From positions 205,151 through 269,150 of the IMG/VR virus record IMGVR_UViG_3300000976_000009: a DNA stretch of 64,000 nt. One strand, written 5' to 3'. Position numbers and translations under genes: made by a program. A model generated the notes under the pieces. The model was not told where the DNA came from. It worked only from the letters and a program-made list of their open reading frames with translations, and did not search any database. This document shows, in pieces, positions 63,373-64,000 of this stretch. Every line of letters begins with the position of its first letter. Positions within the stretch are counted from its first letter, which is position 1. The DNA is from a virus.

Positions 63373-63789
63373 AAATAAGTAATATGTTTGAAGAAAAACA
63401 AGAAATTTGTAGAGCCTGTGGAGACAAATGGTATTCAAAATGGTACAAGGATGGTTTTTGCAATAAATGTCAAGAAGATGGTACTTATGACGAATATTTA
63501 TACCAATTAAGTATTAGTAAATTAGTCAATAAAATTTTCACATATTTAGTGATTGGTTTATTAGCTACTGGCTTAATATTATTTTTCACATAATGGCAGA
63601 ACTAATTGTTGGTTTAATAGAATTATTTTTAGAGTTTGGTTTAATGTCCAAATCTGTTGGTGGGTGCTTATTTTGGTTATCTGGAATAATTGGTGTTATC
63701 GTAATCACTTATTTTTTATGGTGCTAAAATTTGGTGGATTCAAATATTATCCTTATATTTGTATCAGTCATTAATTAAAACCAAACATT

Positions 63790-64000
63790 ATGTCACAAGA
63801 AATTAAATTAACAGAAGACGAAAAAGCACAAATTTTAGCAATTAGAAAAGAGAAAAAAGCTAAAGGTCAACTAAGACAAGAAGCTTATGATAAAAATATT
63901 ATTTCTCAAACTGAATATAAACAAAAATGTATTGAGAAAAAAGTTAAGGAAAACCAAGCATTAGTTAATGCTTATGAAAAATATTATTCCCAATTACTTC
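63790..64000 (+). CDS. hypothetical protein, truncated by the window end
   Basis: ATG after the repeated promoter module; frame open to the end. Confidence 0.6.
   Translation, partial: MSQEIKLTEDEKAQILAIRKEKKAKGQLRQEAYDKNIISQTEYKQKCIEKKVKENQALVNAYEKYYSQLL

Noticed and set aside
1-64000. Alternative genetic code (TAG or TGA reassignment)
   Set aside because: Long conserved genes are intact in code 11; only one internal TAG and one TAA were seen, and no suppressor tRNA
1-64000. CRISPR array or canonical tmRNA gene
   Set aside because: No regularly spaced repeats; no Ala-type G3:U70 acceptor with pseudoknots and tag ORF
1-64000. Bacterial chromosome origin suggested by glnS, infC, smpB, rnr and prs
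   Set aside because: These genes lie outside their usual operons, among small hypothetical genes, homing endonucleases and CCA-less tRNAs typical of jumbo phages

Overview
AT-rich, densely packed, almost entirely plus-strand segment of a very large (jumbo/mega) dsDNA phage. The host is most likely Bacteroidota, because more than 20 TAnnTTTG (-7) promoters are present and genes lack obvious Shine-Dalgarno sites. The window opens with a tRNA array grouped by amino acid (Pro, Gln, Tyr, Thr, Gly, Lys). It also carries a divergent RNase P RNA with its own promoter and a translation/RNA toolkit (GlnRS, YqeY, Thg1, IF-3, Trbp111-like, S4-like, SmpB, RNase R, five HADs, three metallophosphoesterases). 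Other content: an NAD+ salvage set (NadM-Nudix, NAMPT-like, PRS, Sir2), DHFR, dCMP deaminase, a Mom-like DNA modifier, an Acb1-like 2H phosphoesterase, a T5-A1-like nuclease, a sigma70 factor and free-standing homing endonucleases. The most unusual signal is a family of tRNA-mimic RNAs that keep the acceptor stem and T-arm but have the anticodon arm deleted, replaced by large structured inserts, or distorted. Other notable patterns are systematic leaderless-mRNA spacing, a second promoter-like motif on all four intact endonuclease genes, a 24-nt duplication of the RNase P 3' end flanking an endonuclease cassette, and a SufC ATPase paired with a protein carrying only the SufB/D docking tail. 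All calls come from reading motifs by eye; no database search was run.
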